Of a stretch of 64,000 nt of DNA, positions 54,202-63,501 are shown one piece after another (the first letter of the stretch is position 1; each line of letters begins with the position of its first letter). Location of the stretch: assembly GCA_963666315.2 (NCBI GenBank), contig CAXXHG010000015.1:64001-128000 (forward strand), in the 5' to 3' direction. The notes below the pieces were generated by a model. It was not told the DNA's origin, searched no databases, and saw only the letters and a program-made list of their open reading frames with translations. The position numbers and the translations under genes were made by a program. Source of the DNA: Candidatus Binatia bacterium. Lineage in GTDB: Bacteria; Desulfobacterota; Binatia; Bin18.

Positions 54202-55358
54202 ATGGCAGCAACAGGTTGGCTTGGGCGCTTTTGCGCTCTTCGTCCTTGTGGTGGGTTGTGCCCGCCTTGTGAGGGGGGAGCCCCCTCCCTCGTCGTTCGG
54301 GAGGGCCATAAATGTAGGTTTTGCCATGTCAACGGTGCAGGCGAAGGCATGCGCACCGGCGTTGTCAGCGCCCACAGCCAATCGTTTCTCAAATGCCCCA
54401 AAGGCCCGTTTGACTCACTCGACGCCCGCACACCGGTCACCGGCCGTCTGGTCGAAGGGATTGCCGTTGGAGCGGATTTTCGCGGCAGCTATACCACCAC
54501 GTTTCGGGATAAGCCGAACCGGCGTGGCCGCGTTCCTAATAATACGGCCTTTCGTCCAGCCGATAGCAGTGAATTTAAAATTGGCGAAGCCAATGCCTGT
54601 GCCGAAGTCAATCTAATCAGAGATGCGCTGACATTCTATCTAGACGAATCCTTCGGTCCAAGCAGTGCCTTTAACCGCGAAACATTTGGACTGCTGGCCG
54701 GATTCTTCCCCTGGAACGGCTATGTCAAAGGCGGAAAGTTTTTTGCGCCGTATGGCCTGCGCCTCCAAGATGATGCGGCCTTTATTCGTTCACGGACAGG
54801 GTTTAATTTCACTAGCCCGGATACAGGGATCGAAATCGGTCTGGCGCCTGGAGATGCCTTCTTTAGTGTGGCCCTCACTAACGGCGGTGGCGCCGCGCGC
54901 CTGCGCAAACAAGTCTCCCTGAACGGCTATTATTTTCCGAGCTGCTGCTGGTCCGGAACATCATGCTGGGCGCATCTTTTTCCCACAACTCGGTCGAAAA
55001 ACAAGATCGGACGCTATACGAATTTTATATAGGCACAAACTTCTGGCGCTTTACCCTGCTCGGAGAAATAGACTTTATAGAGGACGAGCAACTTCCCAGC
55101 CGGGCGAATCAGTTTGTAGGCTATGCTGAGATCAATTGGCTCGTCTTTGACTGGATGAACGCCAAGTTTTCTTACGATTATTTTCATCCTGACCGGAACC
55201 AAGGCAATGACGCGCTCACGCGTTTTTCCATTGGCGTTGAGCCATTCTTGAGCCAGTATTTCCAGCTTCCGCTGTTTTATAGCGTCTATAACGGGCCGAA
55301 GAATCACCCCCTGGATAACTTCGATCAACTCATGTCTGAGGCACACGTCTTTTTCTGA
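54202..55358 (+). pseudogene. Outer-membrane beta-barrel-like protein with N-terminal CxxCH, frameshifted
   Basis: VREGHKCRFCHVN, beta-strand-rich body, C-terminal Phe (AHVFF); frameshift near 54935-54960. Confidence 0.65.
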
Positions 55359-55399
55359 CCGGTCGCTGGCTGCTGCAGCTACTGACAACTGACGCGCAC

Positions 55400-56173
55400 T
55401 CACTTCTGCGCTTGTTGTACTCCGAGCATGCCCAAGGCGACTTTCTCGCCTGCGGGGTCACAGCCAAGTGACCCTTTTTCCAGACAGGTCGTATAGTGTC
55501 GCAAATGCGGCACGAGTTCCTGAGTGACTTGTCGCCACAACGTTTGGGCTTCCGTGCAAACCTCACTCCGGTCAGACACGAAACCTGGGTCTTGCGATTC
55601 GGGGGTCATCTGCCTGAGGTCAAGCTTGGTTGTTTCAGGACCGGTCAAGAGACTTCTCGGTAAGGCTGAAGATGTTGGAGTCTCGGGACTGCGTTCAGGT
55701 CGGTCAGGACCAGGGCGCACGCGGAACGCTTCTCGGAGCGCGGGCGGTTCAGATACCAGCGAGCCGGCAAGTGGGCTGATCACCGTAATGCGATCTGCCG
55801 TGCTAATAAGCATTTCAGGCCGTCCACGAAAGAGATACACCCAACCTTGTGCCTGGACGATTTTACCCTGATAAAACGTGTCCGGCCGATCAGGAAAGCC
55901 GGACAGCAACAAGGGCGGTGTAATCGCCACCGTGAGTTCGGACGCTGCGCCCGAGCTGAGAGACAAAAATGTATTCCGCCCTTCCTGCTGAGTTGCGACG
56001 ACCTTGCCTTCGACAGTGACGAACTGATCGACGAGTTCACGAGCGCGTGAGGCAGGTATGACATCCTGCTCATCTTTCCCATCTTTCCCATCCTGCCCAT
56101 CGGCCCAGGAAAGTGCTGGGGGCACGGGGAGCACCAGCAGGAGTATGAGACGCTCAGGACGCATGTCATCCAT
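55400..56173 (-). CDS. Exported hypothetical protein with an OB-fold-like segment
   Basis: Signal-like N-terminus; FVTVEGKVV...TFLSL...YQGKIVQAQG...GRPEM. Start is uncertain. Confidence 0.55.
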   Translation of the reverse strand: MDDMRPERLILLLVLPVPPALSWADGQDGKDGKDEQDVIPASRARELVDQFVTVEGKVVATQQEGRNTFLSLSSGAASELTVAITPPLLLSGFPDRPDTFYQGKIVQAQGWVYLFRGRPEMLISTADRITVISPLAGSLVSEPPALREAFRVRPGPDRPERSPETPTSSALPRSLLTGPETTKLDLRQMTPESQDPGFVSDRSEVCTEAQTLWRQVTQELVPHLRHYTTCLEKGSLGCDPAGEKVALGMLGVQQAQK

Positions 56174-56192
56174 GTCATCTCTCTCATCAGGA

Positions 56193-57143
56193 CTAGTTTT
56201 TTGCGAGCGCCAACTTCGACGGCCACAACGATAAGCCGGACCGCAGCAGGAGAACCAGACCCCCAAGCGTAATGGGAATGTACTGAGCAAAAAAGGCCAC
56301 AATGGAAAAACTTAAAGCTTCTTCCTTGGGAACGGCATAGAAGGAGAGGCCAAGGACAATAGTATACTGAAACACACCCACGAAACCGGGTGCGGCGGGT
56401 AAGGCCACGCCAACTGCGACGAAGAGGATGACGACAAGGGCCGCCTCAAATGGCAGCGAAAACCCACACACTTTGAGCAACAACCAGTAGTACATGACCA
56501 TCGTCGCCCATACCGCTATGGATGCCAGAAAAGTCTGCAAGAAAAGCGATCCTTGGCGTAAGACTTGAAGGCTGTCTAGCAATTCTTGTGTGATGCGTTG
56601 TAAGCGCTGTGGCAGCCATGCCAGCCAGGCGCGATTTTCGCCTCGCACCAGCCACCAGCCACCAAAGAGCAGGGCAAGCATAACGCCCAAAAAAATCCTA
56701 CTGCCCTTTGCATACCCCGCAAGCGGCGTAAGATACGGGAGACTCAGCACTACGAAGAGAGAGACTGTTATCATATCCAGCAGACGGTCGAGTGCACCTG
56801 TCGCAATAGAGGTACTCATCGGCACTGGGCCGAGGCGAGAGAGGGCATACACGCGTAAGATTTCTCCAGCCCGCAGCGGCAGCACATTATTGCCCATAAA
56901 ACCTATCAGGGTTGCAGAGAAGAAGACCGACACAGGCAAACGTTGAACGGGTTCAACCAATTTCTGCCAGCGATACGCTCGGAAGAAAAAGATAACCCCC
57001 AGCCAAAGGCAAGATAGGGCCAATAAACCAAGATCAACTCGGCCAAAAGAATCCAGAACGGCCGCCCACTCCACCCCGCGAACGGCCAAATAGCCGAAGC
57101 CAACGCTGAGGGCCAGGCCCAGAGAAATTCTAAGGATTTTCAA
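56193..57143 (-). CDS. Lysylphosphatidylglycerol synthase TM-domain / UPF0104 flippase-like protein
   Basis: RAYRW, NNVLPLRAGE, DRLLD, PAAPGFVG. Confidence 0.88.
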   Translation of the reverse strand: MKILRISLGLALSVGFGYLAVRGVEWAAVLDSFGRVDLGLLALSCLWLGVIFFFRAYRWQKLVEPVQRLPVSVFFSATLIGFMGNNVLPLRAGEILRVYALSRLGPVPMSTSIATGALDRLLDMITVSLFVVLSLPYLTPLAGYAKGSRIFLGVMLALLFGGWWLVRGENRAWLAWLPQRLQRITQELLDSLQVLRQGSLFLQTFLASIAVWATMVMYYWLLLKVCGFSLPFEAALVVILFVAVGVALPAAPGFVGVFQYTIVLGLSFYAVPKEEALSFSIVAFFAQYIPITLGGLVLLLRSGLSLWPSKLALAKN

Positions 57144-57191
57144 ACGTGGCTCTCTTCAATATGCCGTGAGAGCATGAGTCTCGCAGAAAAA

Positions 57192-57265
57192 CGCGCCCGG
57201 GGTGACTCGAACACCCAACCTACGGGTTCGAAGCCCGTTGCTCTATCCAATTGAGCTACGGGCGC
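57192..57265 (-). tRNA. tRNA-Arg (TCG); CCA not encoded
   Basis: GCGCCCG acceptor stem, ACGGG-CTTCGAA-CCCGT anticodon arm, TTCGAGT T-loop. Confidence 0.93.
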
Positions 57266-57341
57266 ACACTGCAAAAACAGGTACTTAGCGACATTGCGTC
57301 GCTCCCGTCCCGGGTGAGTAGAAACAGAGTAGAAATATTTT

Positions 57342-58420
57342 TCAACTGCCACCCCATCCTGCCACCTGCGTCGGCGCGGCGCTGAGCACAACCGCCCGGA
57401 TGTCGTCTTCCGACGGATTGTTGTAGCGCTGGAAAACGGCGAACGTACTGTGCCCCGTGATTGCCATGATACGCTTGTAATTTCACCCTTCTCTCACTTT
57501 CCGCGTCACGAACGTATGCCGCAGGTCGTGAAAGTGCAAGTCCAGGATATTCGCCCGCCGACAGGCGGCTTTATACGCCGTTTTCCACCCTTCCTTCATC
57601 GGCTTCCCCTTCCAGGTGAAGACATGGCCCGAAATGGACGCCAACTTGGCTTCTCGCTGGTCCCGCCGAAGAGCCTGGAGGACTGCGCGCAAGATCGGAG
57701 AGATGGGAATATTCTTCGGCTTCTTCTCCTTGGTGTCCTGTACGGTCAAGTGGATGAATCCGGCTTTCCAGTCGATCTTCGCCCACGTGAGGTCCTTGAT
57801 CTCGCGGCTCCGCATGCCTGTCTCATAACAACAGCACACAATTCGCTGTAAGTGGGGCGACGACGCTTCCAGGAGCCCTTTGTATTCCTCGGCTGTTGCG
57901 CGACGCGCTTGCGTTTGTTTTGCGGCTTGTAGAGCTTTACCGTGCGGACGGTATCGATAATCCTCTCTTCCAGGGCAATGCGCAGCATGTGACGGAGGAC
58001 CTCCAGACTTCGATCTATCGTCGCTTCGGAGATACGTTTGCCTCTATAGTCTTCGGTCTTTCGCGTCTGCTTCAAGCGCTCAATCTGGGCAAGACTAATT
58101 TCGGAGAAAAGAATATGGCCGCCCAAGATCCGGCACAGATGCCTGACATGCCTCTCGTCATCAACGATAGACCGCTTCTCTTTCGCGTAGATGCTCACGT
58201 AACGAGCGCCCCATTGAGAAAGCGTGACATCCCTTTCACTTTCCCTATCGAAATCGACACGGTGACCATTCAACGTCAGCAGCCTACGCTTCTCTTGTCG
58301 CGCGCCCTTCAGACTCGTTCCCGCTGAGAACGTTCGGTTCCTGCCCTTCCGGTCTCGGAAGCGGACGAAATTGCGCGTGGTCCAACCGCCTTTCTTGTCT
58401 GCGTGTCTCATACGACGCAA
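57342..58420 (-). pseudogene. Tyrosine recombinase/integrase, disrupted
   Basis: YETGMRSREI, HFHDLRHTF, then TGA at 57483-57485 before ITGHST...QRY; frameshifting near 57840-57900. Confidence 0.88.
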
Positions 58421-58523
58421 ATGTTGCTCTACGGATTCCCACTGCGTGCGCTTTTCCGTAGTTCGCTCCTTCGCGTGTAGTCATGGACAGGCAACGTAAC
58501 GAGCAAGTCCTGCCCCTGCCCGT

Positions 58524-58709
58524 CTACTTCTTCTTTCCTTTGGTGCGGCTCTTGTCGCCTATCGTTGTCTCAATCGCCTCAATGACGACTTCCCGGATAG
58601 TACGATCTGCTTGAACCGCATAGATTTTCAGTGCTCTGTGCAACTCAACAGGAACATCGACAACGAGTTTTCTCTTTTCCTTAGTCAGAGTTTTGGGTTT
58701 AGCTACCAT
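58524..58709 (-). CDS. Small ribbon-helix-helix (ParG/CopG-like) DNA-binding protein
   Basis: KLVVDVPVELHRALKIYA...TIREVVIEAI; AAGGA RBS; upstream of the integrase. Confidence 0.7.
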   Translation of the reverse strand: MVAKPKTLTKEKRKLVVDVPVELHRALKIYAVQADRTIREVVIEAIETTIGDKSRTKGKKK

Positions 58710-59202
58710 TCTTTCCTTGTATCATACGCCGATGTGTAAAGCTATACTGGTTCCTTCATTTACAGGTAATTCTAAGATTTGTTCATGTCTCGTCTGGGCC
58801 CGTCTGTCTCAATCCTCACAGAAGGCTGGTGATGTGGCCGACACAAACTTGGGACCCGCCCCTTGGAATAGGGCCTGTCGCATCTCGCACGAAAATTGTG
58901 AAAAATTCGCGAGCAAAGTTGACACCGTCAGGACGAAACTCAGCAGCGGTAACTTGATAGGGCCGCGCGCGCCCAATATTCTGGAAATAGCGTTATCAAT
59001 GAGCCTGACCGTATTGAGGCAACCCCCATAATTCGGCCAACTATATAGAAGTTGGCATTTTCTCCCATCGTGTTGCTTGTGTTTGCTGAATGAACGCCAG
59101 TGGCGTTTGATAATTGAGTGCGCTGTGTGGGCGGCAAGCTCAGGGAGATTTTCTCCGTGAGTAATGTGTGTTCATTTGGACAGGAAGTGGTGTAGCAGAA
59201 AA

Positions 59203-59440
59203 ATGACTCGAAGAAAAATACAAAAGCCCAACGGAAAATTCATTAGCTTTCTACTGTTCAGCACGATGCTGCTGTGGGGGTCTTCTGTTCAGGCCGATGA
59301 CCTTGCCGACCTCCGTGCCCGGGCTGAGAGAGGTGAGGCCAAGGCTCAATTTAAGTTGGGTATCATGTACCTGAATGGCCACGGGGTACCGCAAGACTAT
59401 GGAGAAGCACTGAAGTGGCACCGAAAAGCCGGAGATCAAC
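59203..59440 (+). pseudogene. Sel1-repeat exported protein, truncated
   Basis: Signal peptide, then AERGEAKAQFKLGIMYLNGHGVPQDYGEALKW.RKA, then an abrupt break. Confidence 0.8.
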
Positions 59441-59563
59441 AAGAAGATCATCGGCCCATTGGCCAACGCCAACGAGCTGTCCGACATGCCGGACTTCAAC
59501 GACGCCACCAAGCTCGGCACCGGCAAAGAGATGGTGGATCGACTCACCAACCTCATCGCCATC
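59432..59563 (+). pseudogene. hsdM: Fragment of type I restriction-modification methyltransferase (HsdM)
   Basis: Alternative frame reads EINKKIIGPLANANELSDMPDFNDATKLGTGKEMVDRLTNLIAI, recognised as an HsdM N-terminal segment. Confidence 0.7.
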
Positions 59564-59944
59564 CTCAAGGGAGTTGCTACGCGTGCTTACGAAGCTATGG
59601 CAATCAGTTTCATTGGGAAAGCCTTCACAGTAATTTAGTATCTGACCGGCTTACCGAGGTGCTGGATAACACTATAGCCGTTGGGTCGGTAAAGCGGAAA
59701 CTTGGCTTGCCAGAAAACTTTTTCTTTCACGTTTAACCGACGCGGCGAAAGGAAAAAGCGATGTTGTACTCTTTCGCAATACGCATGATGAGACACTGCG
59801 CCCTGGATTCACCAGTTGGGTATTCCACCAAAACGGAAAGTTGTGAAAATTCGCGGTACCAACGCCGGCGACGACGTAACCAAGTAGTAAGAACCCGGCT
59901 CGCCTATCCGTCCTGGCCTCATTTTCTCAAGAAGAGGCAGCTTA

Positions 59945-60169
59945 GTGATGAAACGCAGCAAACTGCCACATGGAGTAGCTGAGAAGGGTCCCAGTGATGA
60001 GTTTTATGAGTTTGCGAACCGACGTCGCGACGAGGCAGAAGCAGAACTGACCGCACGTCTTGATCAGCTAAACCCGATCCTTGACAAGCTGAGAAGCTAC
60101 ATCAGCGGTTTTACAGAACAGAAACCGACCAAGGCACTGAGCCAGTCGTTCGATGCGGTGGAGGCCTGA
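59945..60169 (+). CDS. Small hypothetical protein
   Basis: 74-aa helical ORF with a GAGG RBS inside the island region. Confidence 0.35.
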   Translation: MMKRSKLPHGVAEKGPSDEFYEFANRRRDEAEAELTARLDQLNPILDKLRSYISGFTEQKPTKALSQSFDAVEA

Positions 60170-60327
60170 CGCCGCATCGTTTCAGGAACTGCTCTGTGAC
60201 AACAGACTACGGCTTCTTGGCTCCGGCCTCTGGATCGTAACGTCAGCTCCCCTTTGAGCTGGTTCGGCGGCTCACGCGGACGTCGTCCGGGCCTGGTGCT
60301 CTCAGACGCGGGCAACGGGCGCTTCGG

Positions 60328-61344
60328 CTAGTGTATTTCCGGCGCGATTCGCGAGGTAAAAAGATCCAGGGATCTGTGGCATTCCTCCGGACGCAACGAG
60401 CCCCAGGCGAACGAACCGACGAAATAATTGATCCCGCTCTCCGTGACCAGTCGCTGAATTTGGTCGCGGACCGTGTCGATCGATCCGATCAGGATCGTTT
60501 CTCCCGCGAGGCAGGGTTCCCACGCGAAAAAATCGTCATAGGCGTGATCATTCTTCTGATGCCAGAGCTCCAGGATGGAGCGGTACCAAGTATCGTACGC
60601 CGGCTTCGCGACTTCAAGCGCTTCCTCCTCGGTTTCCGCCACATAAATTTGACGCATGGCGCCTAGTTTCATCTTGTCGGTCCCGCCATTACCAACGCCA
60701 GCGGCGACTTCTCGATAGCGAGCTATGAGCTTCGTGATAAGCGACGGAGGGCCAAGGCTCATGAAGTGCATTCCTTCACGCGCGGCAAATTCGACCCCGG
60801 ATTCACTGAACGATGGATACCACAGCGGCGGATACGGCTTCTGGAACGGTTTCATCGTCATTGGCACATCTCGAAATTCGAAATGCTCGCCCGTGTAATT
60901 CAGGACCTCCTCGCACATCCCCCGACGGAATATCTCGAGGACTTCAGTGAAGATCTCCCGGGTCTCTTCCGGATCGACACTGTAGGTGGCGATTTCGTAC
61001 GGTGACACGCCGCGGCTGATGCCGAGTTCCATGCGGCCGTTCGACAGGTGGTCCAGCATGCAGACTTCCTCGATGAGGCGCAGCGGATGATACATCGGTA
61101 ACAAATACGCCATGGGGCTGAAGCGGATATGCTTCGTCCGCTGCGCGAGCGCGGCGAAGAACACCGATGGAGAGGGCGCCATACCGAGCGGGGTCGAATG
61201 GTGTTCCGCCAGATGATAACCGTAGAAACCGGCCGTGTCCGCCGATTCGATCAATTTGAGGCGCGACTCGTACAGTTCAGCTACAGATTTCGGGCCACGA
61301 TCCACCCAGTCGAACATCCCGAATTCGATTTCTGGTGGCATCAC
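60328..61344 (-). CDS. LLM-class flavin-dependent oxidoreductase
   Basis: FGMFDW, LAEHHSTPL, HPLRLIEEVCMLDHLSNGR, KPFQKPYPPLW. Confidence 0.92.
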   Translation of the reverse strand: MMPPEIEFGMFDWVDRGPKSVAELYESRLKLIESADTAGFYGYHLAEHHSTPLGMAPSPSVFFAALAQRTKHIRFSPMAYLLPMYHPLRLIEEVCMLDHLSNGRMELGISRGVSPYEIATYSVDPEETREIFTEVLEIFRRGMCEEVLNYTGEHFEFRDVPMTMKPFQKPYPPLWYPSFSESGVEFAAREGMHFMSLGPPSLITKLIARYREVAAGVGNGGTDKMKLGAMRQIYVAETEEEALEVAKPAYDTWYRSILELWHQKNDHAYDDFFAWEPCLAGETILIGSIDTVRDQIQRLVTESGINYFVGSFAWGSLRPEECHRSLDLFTSRIAPEIH

Positions 61345-61376
61345 GGATTCTCCTTTCCCATACGTACCTGCACCAC

Positions 61377-62205
61377 GGCATTGTCAACTTATCGGTCCCT
61401 TGTGAAGAGTCACGGTGGTGTGCAGTAATCACCGTATGACTTCAGGTACCACAAGTCTCTACAGAAAGCACCGTTTCCCACCCGAGATTATTGCCCACGC
61501 GGTGTGGTTGTATCACCGCTTCAGCCGCAGTTTCCGGGAAGTTGAAGAACTCTTAGCCGAACGGGGCGTAATCGTCAGCTATGAAACGGTCCGGCAGTGG
61601 GGCCGCAAGTTCGGCCAAGCCTTCGCCAAGAAGCTGCGGCATCGACGAGGACGACCGGGCGATACCTGGCATCCGGACGAAGTGTTTATCCGCCTCAGAG
61701 ACGCGCGCTACTACTTGTCGCGGGCCGTGGATCAAGACGGAGACACGCTCGATGTTCTCGTGCAGAAACGCCGCAATGCCCGCGCAGCGAAGCGCTTCTT
61801 TCGCAAGTCGTTAAATGGGCTACGGTACGTCCCCAATCGACTCGTCACCGATAAACTACGCAGTTATGCCGCAGCGCATCGGACTACTTTCCCCTCCGTC
61901 CGCCACTGCACCACGCAGTGTGCGAACAATCGGGCCGAAGTGTCTCACCAGCCGACGAGGCAACGCGAACGCCACATGCGGCGATTCAAATCGCTGCGAT
62001 ACATCCAACGCTTCCTCTCTGTCTACAGTCCCATCAACAACCTCTTTCGAGTTGGATGCCATCTCATGAAGGCAACACATTATCAGTTGTTTCGAGATCA
62101 AGCATTTGCAGCCTGGCGAGAAGTGACAACGGGACTGGACGCAGTGTGAGAGCAGGCTTCATATTCAGCGAATTGCATCTCACGTCCCAGTAACTTGACA
62201 ACACG
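61377..62205 (+). mobile_element. IS6-family insertion sequence
   Basis: Left end GGCATTGTCAACTT, imperfect right end AACTTGACAACACG, about 830 bp, single transposase gene. Confidence 0.85.
61436..62149 (+). CDS. IS6-family DDE transposase
   Basis: YRKHRFPPEII, VSYETVRQW, DEVF, RAVDQDG, TDKLRSY, NNRAE. Confidence 0.92.
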   Translation: MTSGTTSLYRKHRFPPEIIAHAVWLYHRFSRSFREVEELLAERGVIVSYETVRQWGRKFGQAFAKKLRHRRGRPGDTWHPDEVFIRLRDARYYLSRAVDQDGDTLDVLVQKRRNARAAKRFFRKSLNGLRYVPNRLVTDKLRSYAAAHRTTFPSVRHCTTQCANNRAEVSHQPTRQRERHMRRFKSLRYIQRFLSVYSPINNLFRVGCHLMKATHYQLFRDQAFAAWREVTTGLDAV

Positions 62206-62230
62206 CGGCCGTCCATGAAAACGAATATCG

Positions 62231-62282
62231 GAGGAGGGCGCAAAAGCCGCCCCAGAGAGGAGGGCGCAAAAGCCGCCCCAGA
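62231..62282. repeat. 26-bp tandem duplication
   Basis: GAGGAGGGCGCAAAAGCCGCCCCAGA twice, immediately before the RBS of the next gene. Confidence 0.9.
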
Positions 62283-62293
62283 AAGGATACACC

Positions 62294-63181
62294 ATGCACA
62301 TCGGATATATGGCAATCGGCGTCGGCCTTCTGGCCAACGGAGAGACGATCGGAATGGCCGCGCAGCGGGCCGAGCAGGCCGGCTTTCACTCCATTTGGGC
62401 GCCAGAGCATATCGTGCTGCTCGAGCAGTATACGTCCAAATACCCCTATTCGCCGAATGGGAAAATCGCCGCCAGCCCCACCATGCAGTTCGATATCCTC
62501 GATCCATTCGCCACGTTAACCTTCGCTGCGGCGCAGACCACCACGCTGCGCGTCGGCACCGGGATCTGCCTCGTGCCCGAGCGGAACCCGCTCACCACGG
62601 CCAAAGAAGTCGCCACCCTGGACAAATTGTCCGGAGGCCGGTTCGAGTTTGGGGTCGGCATCGGCTGGCTGGAAGAAGAGTTCGCCGCACTGGGAGTTCC
62701 CTGGGCGCGTCGCAACGCGCGGACCCGGGAATATCTCGACGTCATGAAACGGCTGTGGACCGAGGAAGAGACGGCGTTCGAAGGCGAGTTTTGCAGTTTC
62801 CCGAGTGTGCGCTCGTACCCCAAACCCGCGCAGACACCCCACCCACCAATTATTTTCGGCGGCGAAGGCGACCCGGCGCTCCGGCGCGTCGGCGAGGTGG
62901 GCGATGGGTGGTTCGGGATGAATGTCTCTGTGGCCGGCGCCAAGCCCAAGATCGACAAGATCAAGGACTATGCCAAAGCCGCCGGCCGGGACCCGAACAC
63001 GTTCGAGTTCTCCATCTCGCTCGGTGCCGGTGTCTTACCGACCAAGGACGATCTCAAGGGCCTCCAAGATGCGGGCGTGCACCAAGTGATCGTCTGGCCC
63101 TTCTCGGCCGATCTGCAGGCCGTGAAAGACGACATCGACACGCTCGGAGACGAGGTCGTCGCGCCGGCCTCGAACCTGTAA
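62294..63181 (+). CDS. LLM-class probable F420-dependent oxidoreductase (Rv2161c-like)
   Basis: GFHSIWAPEH, DPFATL, AKEVATLDKLSGGRF..GVGIGWLEEEF, PKPAQTPHPPI. Confidence 0.9.
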   Translation: MHIGYMAIGVGLLANGETIGMAAQRAEQAGFHSIWAPEHIVLLEQYTSKYPYSPNGKIAASPTMQFDILDPFATLTFAAAQTTTLRVGTGICLVPERNPLTTAKEVATLDKLSGGRFEFGVGIGWLEEEFAALGVPWARRNARTREYLDVMKRLWTEEETAFEGEFCSFPSVRSYPKPAQTPHPPIIFGGEGDPALRRVGEVGDGWFGMNVSVAGAKPKIDKIKDYAKAAGRDPNTFEFSISLGAGVLPTKDDLKGLQDAGVHQVIVWPFSADLQAVKDDIDTLGDEVVAPASNL

Positions 63182-63195
63182 TCCTCCGACTCTCT

Positions 63196-63230
63196 CCCCG
63201 GGCCTGGCCCGCCGAGTCCCAGGCCCGGGG
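63196..63230 (+). terminator. GC-rich hairpin downstream of the LLM gene (no clear U tract)
   Basis: CCCCGGGCCTGG ... CCAGGCCCGGGG, 12-bp stem. Confidence 0.45.
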
Positions 63231-63501
63231 CAGCACGCTCGGGTTCTGTTGCGAACGTTCGAGCCCGAAAGAACCGATAGTGGAGTGCCTGCAAGAGCGA
63301 CTTTTTCTCGCGGATGAACGAAGCCGGCTATAACGCGCTTACGCGTACGCCTCCGCTGGCAACCAACTCATTAGGCAGACGCGCGTGGCGAAAGCGCTCC
63401 CCAAAGCGATGGGAGTCCTAGTGGCGGAACAGGTCAGCTTCGCAGAAGAGGCGTTTCTCGAAGGAGGCTGTTGCTCGCGCTCTGCTCGAAAGGAACAGGT
63501 C

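Noticed and set aside
57483-57485. In-frame TGA in the integrase as selenocysteine
   Set aside because: No redox motif, no SECIS-like hairpin, and the gene is also frameshifted.
22763-62282. CRISPR array from the short direct repeats (22763, 24207-24233, 62231)
   Set aside because: The repeats are adjacent with no spacers and have only two or three copies; no cas genes are present.
62215-63333. 372-aa Arg-rich ORF and the many antisense ORFs in the track
   Set aside because: Alternative-frame shadows of GC-rich real genes, with no family motifs.
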